A stretch of 64,000 nt of DNA. Origin: Halorarum halobium (lineage in GTDB: Archaea > Halobacteriota > Halobacteria > Halobacteriales > Haloferacaceae). The stretch is from the NCBI RefSeq assembly GCF_032116555.1, contig NZ_CP134949.1:62001-126000 (forward strand), given 5' to 3'. Each line of letters starts with the position of its first letter. Position 1 is the first letter of the stretch. Below the pieces are notes generated by a model. That model was not told where the DNA came from, made no database searches, and was given only the letters and a program-made list of their open reading frames with translations. A program made the position numbers and the translations under genes. This document shows positions 52,406 to 62,883 of the stretch, one piece after another.

Positions 52406-53539
52406 TCACCCGTCCGTCGGCTCGGTCCCGGCGACGCCGTCGGGCGCGTCGTCCACGTCGTCGCCGGCGACGTGGGCGTCCCCGGTCGTCCCGCCGTCAC
52501 CGACCGCACCGTCGCTCGACCCACGCCCGTCGGTCACGCCCGACAGTTGCGTCTGCTCGCTCGCCGTGCCGTCCGAGAGGAGGCTCACGACCTCCGCGAG
52601 CAGCGCGACGACGAGCGGGCCGACGACGAAGCCGATGGCGCCCAGCGACAGGAGGCCGCCGACGAAGCCGACGAAGTACACCGAGACGGGCATGTCCGTC
52701 GTCTCGCTGGCCAGCCGCGACCGGATGACCGCGTCCGGGACGAAGCCGACGAAGAACAGGCCGAGCCCCGTGACCAGCAGCGCCCGGACGACGTTGCCGG
52801 CGACGACGTCGACCGCCGCGAGCGCGACCACGACGATGCTCGGCCCGAGCACGGGGACGAACTGCAGGAGGCCAGCGACGACCGCGAGCGCGAACGGCGA
52901 CCGGTAGCCCAGCGCCACGAGGAGGACGAACGCGACGAGGAACGTCCCGAACGCGGTGGCCGCCTGGAGCACGTAGATCGCCCGAAGGGTGCTGGCCGTC
53001 CGGCGGTGGAGCGCGAACACGATGTCGTGGTACTCGCCCGGACAGAGCCGCAGGACCGCGGTCCGAGGCGAGGTCGGCGCGTAGAGGATGCCGTAGACGA
53101 CCAGCACGAACAGGAGCGCCTTCAGCGCGAACACGGGCGCCGCGGTCGCCAGCGAGGTCGCCAGCGAGCGGACGGCGGCGATGGCAACCTCGAGCAGCGG
53201 GTCGGTCTCGACGACGTACGTGAGCCCGCCCACGTCGACGGTGATCGCGGCCGGGATGGCCCGGAGGAAGTCGACGAACTCCGCCCGCCGGGAGTAGAGG
53301 ACGTACGCGATGGGGCCGGCGATGACCAGCAGCGCGAGGAACGCCGTCGTCGTCGCCGTCGCCGCCGCGAGGCGCGTCGAGAGCCCACGCCGACGGAGTT
53401 CCTGGCGGAGCGGGTAGAGGACGTACGCGACCGTCACGGCGAATACGACCGTGGCGAGCACGCCGAACAGCACGACCACCGTGAGCGAGAGCATCGCCGC
53501 CAGCAGCGCGGTCAGGACGGTGCGGCGACTCGGGGGCAC
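52406..53539 (-). CDS. AI-2E family transporter
   Basis: VAYVLYP, LQFVPVLGP, GAIGFVVGPLVVAL; start uncertain (GTG 53539). Confidence 0.85.
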   Translation of the reverse strand: MPPSRRTVLTALLAAMLSLTVVVLFGVLATVVFAVTVAYVLYPLRQELRRRGLSTRLAAATATTTAFLALLVIAGPIAYVLYSRRAEFVDFLRAIPAAITVDVGGLTYVVETDPLLEVAIAAVRSLATSLATAAPVFALKALLFVLVVYGILYAPTSPRTAVLRLCPGEYHDIVFALHRRTASTLRAIYVLQAATAFGTFLVAFVLLVALGYRSPFALAVVAGLLQFVPVLGPSIVVVALAAVDVVAGNVVRALLVTGLGLFFVGFVPDAVIRSRLASETTDMPVSVYFVGFVGGLLSLGAIGFVVGPLVVALLAEVVSLLSDGTASEQTQLSGVTDGRGSSDGAVGDGGTTGDAHVAGDDVDDAPDGVAGTEPTDG

Positions 53540-53733
53540 ACCCCGACCGGTGGGCCCCCGGGGCAAAACCGTTGTGCTCGGCGGTGCGGCGGCCGGTCGC
53601 GGCGGCGTCCGGTCCGACGGAGCGCTCGATTCGGGTGAACTATGGGCAATATTTTTGTGTTCTCAGATTCATTACATGCACGAACCGTGTCAAACAGACT
53701 TCATAACAGGGTGTGCCGAACGACGGGGGGAGG

Positions 53734-54090
53734 ATGGTGGCGCTGAGCGAGGAGTCCCGCGCGTTCGACGTCGCGCCCGAAACGGCGTTCGAGGTGCTGG
53801 CCGACGACCGCCGCCGCGCCGTCCTGTCGGTGCTCCGCGACTCGGCCGAGACCTGCGTTCCCGTCGCGGAACTCGTCGACGACGTCGCGGCGATGCGATC
53901 GGAACACGGCCGGTGCGACCGGGAACGGGTCGCCGTTCGGTTCCATCACGCGACGCTGCCGAAGCTAGCGGATTCGGGCGTGATCGAACACGATTCGGGG
54001 GAGGGGACCGTCCGCTATCGGGCCCACCCGTTCGTGGACGCGTGTCTCGACCTCCTCGCGGAGCACGGGGCAGGAACGGGGACGAACTGA
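53734..54090 (+). CDS. DUF7344-type winged-helix protein
   Basis: FEVLADDRRRAVL, FHHATLPKLADSGVIEHD. Confidence 0.75.
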   Translation: MVALSEESRAFDVAPETAFEVLADDRRRAVLSVLRDSAETCVPVAELVDDVAAMRSEHGRCDRERVAVRFHHATLPKLADSGVIEHDSGEGTVRYRAHPFVDACLDLLAEHGAGTGTN

Positions 54091-54267
54091 ACCGGCGTTC
54101 GGGTCAGGGCGAACCAGTTTGCCCGGAGGGGGGCCGGACCACGAACCGTTCGTGGTCCCACGAGCGGCCCGCAGGTGCCGGAGTGAGAGAGACGTCGCCC
54201 GGCCGCCGCGCAGCCGGCCGTTCGGAGACCGCGTCCGTTAAATACCACAGAGTGAAACAACCCGGTA

Positions 54268-55422
54268 ATGAGTCGAAGCAGACGGGAGTTCCTGACCGCG
54301 GCGGGCGCGAGCGGTGCGGCGCTGCTCGCCGGCTGTCAGGCCGAGCCGGTGGACCAGGAGACGCCCACGCCGACGGCCACGGAGGCCGACGGGGCCGGGA
54401 CGACGGCGGGATCGCCGACGCCGAGCGGGGCCGACACGCTCGTCGTGGCGACGTACCCGCCGTTCGTGAACGCGCCGAGCACGAGCCCGGGCGCGTGGCT
54501 GAAGCGGCGGTTCGAGGAGCAGTTCGACGCGACGCTCGTCTACCAGACGCCGGAAAGCGAGCTGAACTACTACCTCGAGCGGGCCATCCAGGGCGTCGAG
54601 TTCGAGGCCGACGTGTACGTCGGGCTGAACACCGGTCAGCTCATCGACGCGGACGACCGCCGTGGCGAGGGGCAGTTCACCGACCCGCTGTTCGCCGAAG
54701 CCGGCGACGTCGAGGGGATGGATCGGCTCCGAGATGGGCTCCAGTTCGACCCGCGGAACCGGGCCGTACCGTTCGACACGGGCTACATCTCGCTCGTCTG
54801 GAACGCGACGATGGACGGCGGCGAGTTCGTCGCGCCCGAGACGTTCGAGGCGCTGACCGAGTCCGAGTACGAGGGCGACCTCATCGCGCAGAACCCGGCG
54901 AGCTCCTCGACCGGCGAGGCGTTCATGCTCCACACCATCAAGGAGTACGGCCCGGACGGGTTCCTCGACTACTGGGACCGGCTCCAGGCGAACGGCGTCA
55001 CGGTACTGGGCAACTGGACGGACTCGTACACCGCCTACACGAACGAGGAGGCCCCGATGGTCGTCTCCTACTCCACCGACCAGGTGTTCGCCGCCGCCGA
55101 GGACCAGGACCTCCAGAAGCACCAGATCCGCTTCCTGAACGACCAGGCGTACGCAAACCCCGAGGGGATGGCCCGCTTTGCCGACACTGACGCCCCCGGA
55201 CTCGCCGGCGAGTTCATGTCGTTCATGCTCCAGCCGGAGATCCAGGCCGGCATCGCCCAGCGAAACGTCGCGTTTCCGGCGATCCAGGACGCCCCGCTGC
55301 CAGAGGACTACTCCCGGTACGCCCAGGAGCCGCCCGAACCGGTCACCTTCACGTACGACGAGTTGCAAGGAAACGTCGACGAATGGACCGATCAGTGGGC
55401 GCGGCGCTTCGCCGGCGGGTGA
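54268..55422 (+). CDS. thiB: Thiamine ABC transporter substrate-binding lipoprotein (Tat)
   Basis: SRREFL Tat motif, LAGC lipobox, PFDTGY, NPASSSTG.AF, PMVVSYSTD. Confidence 0.85.
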   Translation: MSRSRREFLTAAGASGAALLAGCQAEPVDQETPTPTATEADGAGTTAGSPTPSGADTLVVATYPPFVNAPSTSPGAWLKRRFEEQFDATLVYQTPESELNYYLERAIQGVEFEADVYVGLNTGQLIDADDRRGEGQFTDPLFAEAGDVEGMDRLRDGLQFDPRNRAVPFDTGYISLVWNATMDGGEFVAPETFEALTESEYEGDLIAQNPASSSTGEAFMLHTIKEYGPDGFLDYWDRLQANGVTVLGNWTDSYTAYTNEEAPMVVSYSTDQVFAAAEDQDLQKHQIRFLNDQAYANPEGMARFADTDAPGLAGEFMSFMLQPEIQAGIAQRNVAFPAIQDAPLPEDYSRYAQEPPEPVTFTYDELQGNVDEWTDQWARRFAGG

Positions 55423-57179
55423 GCCGCGCCCGGCGGACGGCGCGCCGGGTCGGTCGCGCGGTGCGCCGGCCCGGAGGCGCCGACGTCCTCGAACGGCGGG
55501 CGCTCCCCCTGCTGGCGGTCGGGACGGCCCTCCTCCTGACCGTGCTGTTCTACTACCCCGTAGCGACGGTGCTGGTGGAGTCGGTCCGCGAGGCGGGGCG
55601 GCTCACGTTCGGCCCGCTGGTCGACGTGCTGACCGACGAGTTCTACGTCGTCCGCGTGTTCGGCTTCACGGCCTGGCAGGCGTTCCTCTCGACGCTCGCC
55701 AGCGTCGCGCTCGGTCTCCCGGGCGCGTGGGTGCTCGCCCGGTTCGACTTCCGCGGCCGGGAGACGCTCAAGTCGCTGACGATGGTGCCGTTCGTGCTCC
55801 CGTCGGTGATGGTCGCGGTCGGCTTCTACGCCACGTTCGGCGCGTCCGGCACGCTCAACGATGCGCTCGGCGCGCTGGGCGTGGGCGGGGTCGACCTGCT
55901 CCCGTCGCTCGGCGCGATCATCGTCGCCCACGCCTTCTACAACGCCCCGCTCGTCACCCGCGTCGTGACCGCCTCGTGGGAGTCGGTCGACGCCGGTGCG
56001 GTGGAGACGGCCCGCTCGCTGGGCGCGTCGCCCCGCCGGGCGTTCCGCGACGTGGTGCTCCCGCAGCTGTTGCCGGCGGTGCTGATGGGGGCGACGCTGA
56101 CGTTCGTGTTCACGTTCGCCTCGTTCCCCATCGTGCTCGCGCTCGGCGGGTTCCAGTACGCGACCGTCGAGGTGTTCATCTACTCCGCCGTCCAGCAGCT
56201 CGACTACGCGGAAGCCGCCGCGCTGGCGGCCGTCGAGTCGGCCGTGTCGCTCACGCTCACCGCGCTCTACCTGCGGTACGAGCGTCGCCAGACCGCCGAG
56301 CGCCGCGACGTCCGCCCGCTCCCCCGGGAGCGGCTCGTGCCCGAATCGTGGCGGAGCGCCGCCGCGTGGACCCGCGAGCGGCTGGTCTCCCGGCTCGCCG
56401 TCGCCGGCTACGCCGCGGTCGTGGTCGTCGTGTTCCTCGGGCCGATCCTCAGCATGATCTACGCCAGCCTGACCGTCGACGGCCAGTTCACGCTCTCGGC
56501 GTACCGCTTCCTGCTCCGGCGACAGGTGTCGGGCGCGGCGTTCCAGGTGAGGCCGCTGCCGGCGGTGCTGAACTCGCTCGCGTTCGGCGTCGCCACGCTC
56601 GCCGTCGCCCTGCCGATGGGCGTCTCGATGGCCGTGTTGACGACCCGGCGGTTCCGCGGCCGGGTCGCGCTCGACGCGCTGTCGATGGCTCCCCTGGCGG
56701 TGTCGGGCATCGTCGTCGGCCTCGGCCTGCTCCGCGGGCTGGTGTTCGGCGTCGAGGCGTTCGGCTACCGCTTCTCCGCGTCGGGCCCGGCGGCCATCGT
56801 CGCCGCCCACGCCGTCGCCGCCTACCCGTTCGTCGTGCGCAACGTCTCGCCGGGGCTCGACGGCCTCGACCGGACGCTCGTGGAGTCGGCGCGGTCGCTC
56901 GGCGCGTCCCGGGTCCGGGCGCTCCTCGACGTCGAACTGCCGCTCGTCTGGCCGGGCGTCGTCGCCGGCGCGGCGTTCGCGTTCGCGCTCAGCGTCGGCG
57001 AGTTCGACGCCACGGTCATCCTCGCGGAAGGGGGTAACGTCTACACGATGCCCGTCGCCGTCGAGCGCTACATCGGGCGACGGCTCGGCCCCGCGACCGC
57101 GATGGGCACCGTGCTGCTCGCGGTGACGGCCGCCTCGTTCGTCGTCATCGAGCGCGTCGGGGGTGGGTTCCGTGGCTGA
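55419..57179 (+). CDS. thiP: Thiamine/iron(III)-type ABC permease (two-repeat)
   Basis: FTAWQAFLST, PFVLPS, AHAFYNAP, two E.ARSLGAS loops; GTGA overlap with thiB. Confidence 0.83.
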   Translation: MSRARRTARRVGRAVRRPGGADVLERRALPLLAVGTALLLTVLFYYPVATVLVESVREAGRLTFGPLVDVLTDEFYVVRVFGFTAWQAFLSTLASVALGLPGAWVLARFDFRGRETLKSLTMVPFVLPSVMVAVGFYATFGASGTLNDALGALGVGGVDLLPSLGAIIVAHAFYNAPLVTRVVTASWESVDAGAVETARSLGASPRRAFRDVVLPQLLPAVLMGATLTFVFTFASFPIVLALGGFQYATVEVFIYSAVQQLDYAEAAALAAVESAVSLTLTALYLRYERRQTAERRDVRPLPRERLVPESWRSAAAWTRERLVSRLAVAGYAAVVVVVFLGPILSMIYASLTVDGQFTLSAYRFLLRRQVSGAAFQVRPLPAVLNSLAFGVATLAVALPMGVSMAVLTTRRFRGRVALDALSMAPLAVSGIVVGLGLLRGLVFGVEAFGYRFSASGPAAIVAAHAVAAYPFVVRNVSPGLDGLDRTLVESARSLGASRVRALLDVELPLVWPGVVAGAAFAFALSVGEFDATVILAEGGNVYTMPVAVERYIGRRLGPATAMGTVLLAVTAASFVVIERVGGGFRG

Positions 57180-58314
57180 GGAGGGGACGGGTCCCGACGC
57201 GGGAGCCGACGCCGGCGGACCCGCGGCGGCCGAACGGTCGTCGACCGGACGGTCCGCGGTCGACGGACGCGACGCCGCCCCGGTCCGGCTCGACGACCTG
57301 CGCGTCGAGTACGGCGGGACGACCGCGCTCGACGGCATCGACCTGGCCGTCGAGCCGGGCGAGTTCTTCACGCTCGTCGGCCCCTCGGGCTGCGGGAAGA
57401 CCACCACGCTGCGCGCCGTCGCGGGGTTCGAGTCCCCCACGGACGGATCGGTCGAGATCGGCGGCGAGCCGATGGACGGCGTCCCGCCGGAGGCCCGCGG
57501 CGTCGGCGTCGTCTTCCAGAACTACGCGCTGTTCCCGCACATGACCGTCGCGGAGAACGTCGCCTACGGCCTGCGATTCTCCGATCCGCCCGGCGGGGTC
57601 GGCCGCGACGAGCGCGTCGCGGACCTGCTCGACATGGTCGATCTCTCGGGGTTCGGTGACCGCGACCCGTCGACGCTCTCGGGCGGGCAGCGCCAGCGAG
57701 TCTCGCTGGCCCGGGCGCTGGCTCCCGGTCCGCGGCTGCTGCTGCTCGACGAGCCGATGTCGGCGCTCGACGCCCGACTGCGCGAACGGCTCAGGGTGCA
57801 GGTCCGGAAGATCCAGCGGGAGCTCGGAATCACGACCGTCTACGTCACCCACGACCAGGAGGAGGCGCTGGCCGTCTCCGACCGCGTGGCGGTGATGAAC
57901 GACGGGCGCGTCGAGCAGGTCGGCGCGCCGCGGGACCTCTACGGCGCGCCGCGCACCCGGTTCGTCGCGTCGTTCCTCGGCGACAACAACGTCCTCACCG
58001 GGGTGGTCCGCGAGTCGACCGACGGGGGCTGCACGGTCGACGTGGGCGGGCACGCGCTCCGCGTCCCTCCCTGCGGGGCCGCTCGCGGTGACCACCTCAC
58101 CGTCTGCGTGCGGCCCGAGCGCCTGCGGGTCGATCCCGAGAACGCCGACAATCGACTCTCCGTCGCCGTCGAGAGCGCGGAGTTCCTCGGCGAGGCCACC
58201 CGCCTGCACTGTGACTGGGCGGGGACGCCCCTGACGGTTCGGACCGACGGCGACCGCTCGGGGACGATCACCGTCGGGTTCGACGCCGCCGACGTACACG
58301 TCGTCGAGGAGTGA
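57172..58314 (+). CDS. thiQ: ABC transporter ATP-binding protein
   Basis: GPSGCGKTT, FQNYALFPH, LSGGQRQR, LLLDEP, VTHDQEEA; symbol assigned from operon context. Confidence 0.82.
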   Translation: MAEEGTGPDAGADAGGPAAAERSSTGRSAVDGRDAAPVRLDDLRVEYGGTTALDGIDLAVEPGEFFTLVGPSGCGKTTTLRAVAGFESPTDGSVEIGGEPMDGVPPEARGVGVVFQNYALFPHMTVAENVAYGLRFSDPPGGVGRDERVADLLDMVDLSGFGDRDPSTLSGGQRQRVSLARALAPGPRLLLLDEPMSALDARLRERLRVQVRKIQRELGITTVYVTHDQEEALAVSDRVAVMNDGRVEQVGAPRDLYGAPRTRFVASFLGDNNVLTGVVRESTDGGCTVDVGGHALRVPPCGAARGDHLTVCVRPERLRVDPENADNRLSVAVESAEFLGEATRLHCDWAGTPLTVRTDGDRSGTITVGFDAADVHVVEE

Positions 58315-58335
58315 GGATCGGCGTGCGGCCGCGTC

Positions 58336-58512
58336 TCAGGTCGCCGCGCGTTTCAGTATCATCGGGGTGACGAGCGCGTCGAGGACGGCGATCCCGAGGA
58401 TGATCCAGCGAATCGTTCCCTCGAAATACGAGAGGGCGACGAACGCGAGGATCAGGGCGCCGCTGAGACCGATTCCGTACCGGAAGGCCGGATTCTCGAA
58501 TGGGGAACTCAC
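58336..58512 (-). CDS. Small two-TM protein
   Basis: FENPAFRYGIGLSGA...IAVLDALVTPMILKRA; start uncertain. Confidence 0.6.
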   Translation of the reverse strand: MSSPFENPAFRYGIGLSGALILAFVALSYFEGTIRWIILGIAVLDALVTPMILKRAAT

Positions 58513-58735
58513 GTGCCTTGGCTCGACGACCGGTCTGATAAACGCCACCATCTTCGTCCGCCCGGAGCGACCGCGACCGTGCGGGGACGGTGACGCCCGT
58601 GCCGACCTCGCCGACGTGCACGTCGTCCCCGGAGCCGGGCCCGGGGTCGGTCCCGTCGCCGCGTGGCTGCCCGTCGTCGGCTTGCACGTCCCGGCACAGT
58701 CCGTTTGGGACCTCGCGTCGTACTGGCGGGACTAC

Positions 58736-60304
58736 ATGGCCCCGACCGAGGACGCCACCGGCCGGGAGCGACCGCCCGGAGCGGACACGAGGACGTCGGT
58801 GTGGACGGCGACGAGCGCCGCGTCCGACTACGACCCGCTCGCCGAAGGGAAACACGTCGACGTCGCGGTCGTCGGGGGCGGCATCGCCGGGGTGACGGCG
58901 GCCGCCGAACTCGTCGCGGCCGGGGAGTCGGTCGCCCTGCTCGAGCGCGACCGGATCGGCTCGGGCGCGACCGGGAACACGACCGCGAAGGTCACCTCAC
59001 AGCACGGCGTGATCTACCGCTTCCTGTCGAGCGAGGCCAGCGCCGACGTTGCCCGCGCGTACGCCGAGGCGAACGAGGCCGCCATCGACTACGTGGAGGC
59101 GAAGGTCGGTGAACTCGGCGTCGACTGCGGGTTCCGGCGCCTCCCGGCGTTCGTCTACACCCACGACCCCGAGGAGCGTCGTCGATACCGGGCGGAGGCC
59201 GCGACCGCGCGTCACCTCGGGATTCCCGCGAGGTGGGTCGAGGACGTTCCGCTCCCGGACGACGCCGCGGCGGCCGTCCGGTTCGACGACCAGGCGGCGT
59301 TCCACCCCCGCGACTACCTGCTCGCGCTCGCCGAGTCGGTCGTCGACGGCGGCGGACGGATCTACGAGGAAACCCGGGTCGAGGACGTCGAGGACGGGTC
59401 ACGCGGTCCGTGCCGGGTCGAGACCGAACGGGGGACCCTCGGGGCCGACGCCGTCGTCGTCGCCACACACTTCCCGCTGGTCGACCCGGCGTTCTACTTC
59501 GCCCGCCTGTCCCCGAAGAAGTCCTACGTCGTCGCCGTCGACGCCGCCGACCCGCCCGACGAGGGCGTGTTCTACCGCGCCGACGAGCCGTACGTTTCGG
59601 TCCGGACCTGCGAGACGGACGAGCACGGGACGCTCACGCTCGTCGGCGGGCAGAACCACAAGACCGGGCAGGGCGGCAGCGTCGCCGAGCGGTTCGACCG
59701 CGTCGAGGCCGAGGCCCGCGACCGCTTCGACGTCTCCGCCGTGCCGTATCGCTGGTCGACCCAGGACTTCGTGTCGGTCGACCGGCGGCCGTTCGTCGGC
59801 GAACTCGAGCGGCGCGAGAACGTGTACGTGGCGACCGGGTTCGGCGGGTGGGGAATGACGAACGGCACCGTCGCGGGGATGCTCCTCGCCGACCTCGTCC
59901 GCGGGCACGACAACGACTGGGCGGGGGCGTACGACCCGTCCCGGGTCCCGCGCGGGGCGGCGACGGGGACGTTCCTCCGGGAGAACCTGAACGTGGGACA
60001 CCAGTACGTCGGTGACTGGACGCGTGCGCCGTTCTCGGGGGGCGAGCACGGCTCGCTCGGGGACCTCTCGCCGGGCGAGGGCACGGTCGTCCGCCGCGGC
60101 ACGGACCTGCTGGCGGTGTCGCGGGCCGACGACGGCGACCTGCGGGCCGTCTCGGCGGTGTGCCCGCACATGGGCTGTCTCGTGAGCTGGAACGACGGCG
60201 AGGGGACGTGGGACTGTCCGTGTCACGGCTCCCGGTTCGAGGCGGACGGGCGCGTCATCGACGGGCCGGCGGTGGCGGACCTCGCGAAACGGGACGACGA
60301 GTGA
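58736..60304 (+). CDS. FAD-dependent oxidoreductase with C-terminal Rieske domain (YhfW-like)
   Basis: VVGGGIAG, GATGNTTAKVT, RWSTQD, TGFGGWGMTNG, CPHMGC...WDCPCHGSRF. Confidence 0.9.
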   Translation: MAPTEDATGRERPPGADTRTSVWTATSAASDYDPLAEGKHVDVAVVGGGIAGVTAAAELVAAGESVALLERDRIGSGATGNTTAKVTSQHGVIYRFLSSEASADVARAYAEANEAAIDYVEAKVGELGVDCGFRRLPAFVYTHDPEERRRYRAEAATARHLGIPARWVEDVPLPDDAAAAVRFDDQAAFHPRDYLLALAESVVDGGGRIYEETRVEDVEDGSRGPCRVETERGTLGADAVVVATHFPLVDPAFYFARLSPKKSYVVAVDAADPPDEGVFYRADEPYVSVRTCETDEHGTLTLVGGQNHKTGQGGSVAERFDRVEAEARDRFDVSAVPYRWSTQDFVSVDRRPFVGELERRENVYVATGFGGWGMTNGTVAGMLLADLVRGHDNDWAGAYDPSRVPRGAATGTFLRENLNVGHQYVGDWTRAPFSGGEHGSLGDLSPGEGTVVRRGTDLLAVSRADDGDLRAVSAVCPHMGCLVSWNDGEGTWDCPCHGSRFEADGRVIDGPAVADLAKRDDE

Positions 60305-60353
60305 GAGTTTCGAGCGTGACACCGCGGACCGTTGGACGCGGAGCCGGAGCGGT

Positions 60354-61118
60354 TCAACGGGAGACGCCGACGGTGAGCAGCGTGCCGTAGGTGCGGTACC
60401 GCTCGACCATCGCCTCGCGGCTCTCCCAGTTCTCGGTGGGGAACGCCTCGGCCGGCGGGATCTCGATCTCGCGGTCCGGCACGTTGTCCTGGGCGGCGAC
60501 CGCGAGGCCCGCGTCCCGGAACGCCTCGCGGTACTCGGCGGCGTCCCACCGGGTCATCTCGACCGAGATGTTCTCCTGCCAGCCGTGGCTGTGGACGTTC
60601 TCCTCGTAGTAGTTCACCGCACAGTGGAACGTGCCGCCGGGCCGGAGGACGCGGGCGACCTCCCGGAGCGCCTCGTGGGGGTCGCTGCTGTAGTAGAACG
60701 CCTCCATCGTGACCGCGTGGTCGATCGAGTCGTCAGCGAACGGAAGGTGGCCGAAGTCGCCGACGACGAACCCGAGATCAGTGGCCGAGGCGGCCGCGGT
60801 CTCTCCGTCGAGGTCGGTGGCCGAGGCGGCACCGGTTTCTCCGCCGAGATCTGCCCCCGTGGCGGCTTCTAGCGTGTATTCACGGGCGTTACGGGCCATC
60901 TCGGGTGAGCCGTCGAGGCCGTAGCCGCGGCCGAGGTCGGTCGCCTCCGCGAGCGCGCGGACCGCGTAGCCGCTCCCGGTCCCCAGGTCGAGCACGGCGT
61001 CGCCCGGTTCGACCGGCATCCGTGCGAGCACGTGTTTCGCGGTGTGCCAGTGTCGCTCCTCCATCCCCCGGTCCCGGCCGTCGGCGGCCCAGGCGTCGAA
61101 CTCGTCGCGGACGCTCAT
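60354..61118 (-). CDS. Class I SAM-dependent methyltransferase
   Basis: VLDLGTGSG, GLDGSPEM, LPFAD, RVLRPGG. Confidence 0.9.
   Translation of the reverse strand: MSVRDEFDAWAADGRDRGMEERHWHTAKHVLARMPVEPGDAVLDLGTGSGYAVRALAEATDLGRGYGLDGSPEMARNAREYTLEAATGADLGGETGAASATDLDGETAAASATDLGFVVGDFGHLPFADDSIDHAVTMEAFYYSSDPHEALREVARVLRPGGTFHCAVNYYEENVHSHGWQENISVEMTRWDAAEYREAFRDAGLAVAAQDNVPDREIEIPPAEAFPTENWESREAMVERYRTYGTLLTVGVSR
60772..60852. repeat. ~2.3 x 36 bp in-frame tandem repeat inside the methyltransferase
   Basis: ccgagatcagtggccgaggcggccgcggtctctccg / tcgaggtcggtggccgaggcggcaccggtttctccg / ccgagatct. Confidence 0.8.
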
Positions 61119-61199
61119 ACCGGGTGGAGCGCGCCTGCGGAGGTAAGCCCCGCGATACCCCCGCGGGACTTACGTCGGTGGGTGGCGTACGGACGGCGT

Positions 61200-61622
61200 A
61201 TGGAGATTCGGGACGGGGTCGAAGCCGACGCCGCCGCGCTCGCGGCCATCGCCGACGCCCCGACCGAGGCGATGCGGGGGGTCATCCACGACCGGACGGT
61301 GCGGGTCGCCGTCGACGAGTCGACCCCCGAACCGGGCGAGGAGGAGACCGACCCCGACGACGTCCTCGGCTTTCTCAGCTACGACGCGCGGGACGACACC
61401 GTCCACGTCACCCAGTTCGGCGGGAGCAAAGCGGTCTGTGCTCGCCTGCTGGAGGAACCGCTCCGCTTTGCCGCGAGCGAGGGGATGGCCGTGGAACTGC
61501 TCGTGCTCGACGGCGAGGACGAGATGCGCGAGGCCGCGGTGGAGGCCGACTTCGAGGAGGTCGGCCCCGGCCCGCGCTTCGACGGCGAGCGGACCACCCG
61601 CTACCGCCTCGACGCGCCCTGA
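61200..61622 (+). CDS. Hypothetical protein (possible degenerate GNAT fold)
   Basis: MEIRDGVEADA start, LGFLSYDAR..TVHVTQ, F..VG.GPRF. Confidence 0.6.
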   Translation: MEIRDGVEADAAALAAIADAPTEAMRGVIHDRTVRVAVDESTPEPGEEETDPDDVLGFLSYDARDDTVHVTQFGGSKAVCARLLEEPLRFAASEGMAVELLVLDGEDEMREAAVEADFEEVGPGPRFDGERTTRYRLDAP

Positions 61623-61689
61623 GCGACCGGGTTCTCGTCGTCGGACCCTGCCGTCGCGGAGGCGTGGCCGGCGGTGCGGTCCCGGCCCA

Positions 61690-62745
61690 TCAGAACGGCC
61701 CGACGTTCGTGTACCGAACCCGCCGGTAGAGGTAGAACGCGCCGAACGGGAGCGCCAGGACGAGGCCGCCGAGCGCGTACCAGAGCGCGAGCGGCCGCCA
61801 GCCCACGTCGGCCCGGCGGACCGCCGTCGCGTCGAGGTAGAAGCCGAGCGGGACGAGGACGTATCGGAGGAACAGGACCGCCAGCAGTACCGCGAGCAGC
61901 GGCCCCGACAGCGCCGTCCCGAGGCCCGCGGGGAGCGCCGAGAGCGCCTCCGAGGCGGCGACCAGCCCCTCGACGAGGCCGCCGAGCACGACGCCGACGA
62001 CGACCAGCACCCACCAGTTCGAGGGGACGATGCGGCCCTCGTAGAACGCGAACCGATCGCCGAACGGGAGGTGGGGGACGCCGACGTAGCGCCGGCGCGC
62101 CAGCAGGTAGTAGACGCTCGTGGGGAGCGGCGCGAGGAGCACCGCGGGCCCCAGGAGCCGGCACGACGGCGACCAGTTCACGCCCTCGGCCCGCCCGAGC
62201 AACGTGGCGTCCCGGAGGAGCGAGATCGGCAAGAGGAGCGCGCGGAGCAGCGCGGCGACCGCGAGACCGAGCAGCACGCCGCCGCCGGCCGCGGACGCGA
62301 GCCGGCCCGAGAGCGAGGGAACGGGCAGTTCCGCGAGCGCGAGCGGGAGGCTCCAGAGCGCCGCCACCAGCGCCCAGGCGACCGTGCCGACCAGCAGCAC
62401 GGCCCACCACGACGCACCCGTCGGGTCGGAGTCCCGAAACCGGGCCGGCGGTCGCGGCAGTTCGACGGACAGTGGGCCGCCCGACTCGCTCGTGGCGGCC
62501 GACACCCCCGACCGCTCCCGGCCGTCGGATTCGACCGAATCCCCGGCGTCGGTGGAGTCATCGGGACGCGGGGTGCCGAGCGGGCGGGACGGCTCCGCCG
62601 GGAGCCGGACCGTGACCTCCGTTTCCGAAGCGTCCGACCCCGCCGCGTCAGACGTTCCCACATCCCCCGATCGTGCCGACCCCGTCCACTCGAAACCGTG
62701 TCCTTCCGAATCGTCGTCCGTCGGGCGGTCGGACGGGTCCGTCAT
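61690..62745 (-). CDS. Membrane protein with two internal repeats and an acidic disordered N-terminus
   Basis: ATG 62745; two halves each WW...DAT...W.P...Y..RR. Confidence 0.6.
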   Translation of the reverse strand: MTDPSDRPTDDDSEGHGFEWTGSARSGDVGTSDAAGSDASETEVTVRLPAEPSRPLGTPRPDDSTDAGDSVESDGRERSGVSAATSESGGPLSVELPRPPARFRDSDPTGASWWAVLLVGTVAWALVAALWSLPLALAELPVPSLSGRLASAAGGGVLLGLAVAALLRALLLPISLLRDATLLGRAEGVNWSPSCRLLGPAVLLAPLPTSVYYLLARRRYVGVPHLPFGDRFAFYEGRIVPSNWWVLVVVGVVLGGLVEGLVAASEALSALPAGLGTALSGPLLAVLLAVLFLRYVLVPLGFYLDATAVRRADVGWRPLALWYALGGLVLALPFGAFYLYRRVRYTNVGPF

Positions 62746-62883
62746 CGACCGTCCGGAGGGGGGTGTGACACTTAAGCAACGGGGGACGAACAGCGGACGG
62801 TTCGGCGACGGCGTGGTCGCAGTGGGGTGGCGAACAGTGCCGAAGCGGTGCCGTGCTGTGCGGTTCACGAGCGTCAGTACCGC

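Noticed and set aside
54091..54267. TPP riboswitch upstream of thiB
   Set aside because: Conserved TPP aptamer motifs were not found; a TATA-like ttaaata about 30 nt before the ATG suggests a leaderless mRNA.
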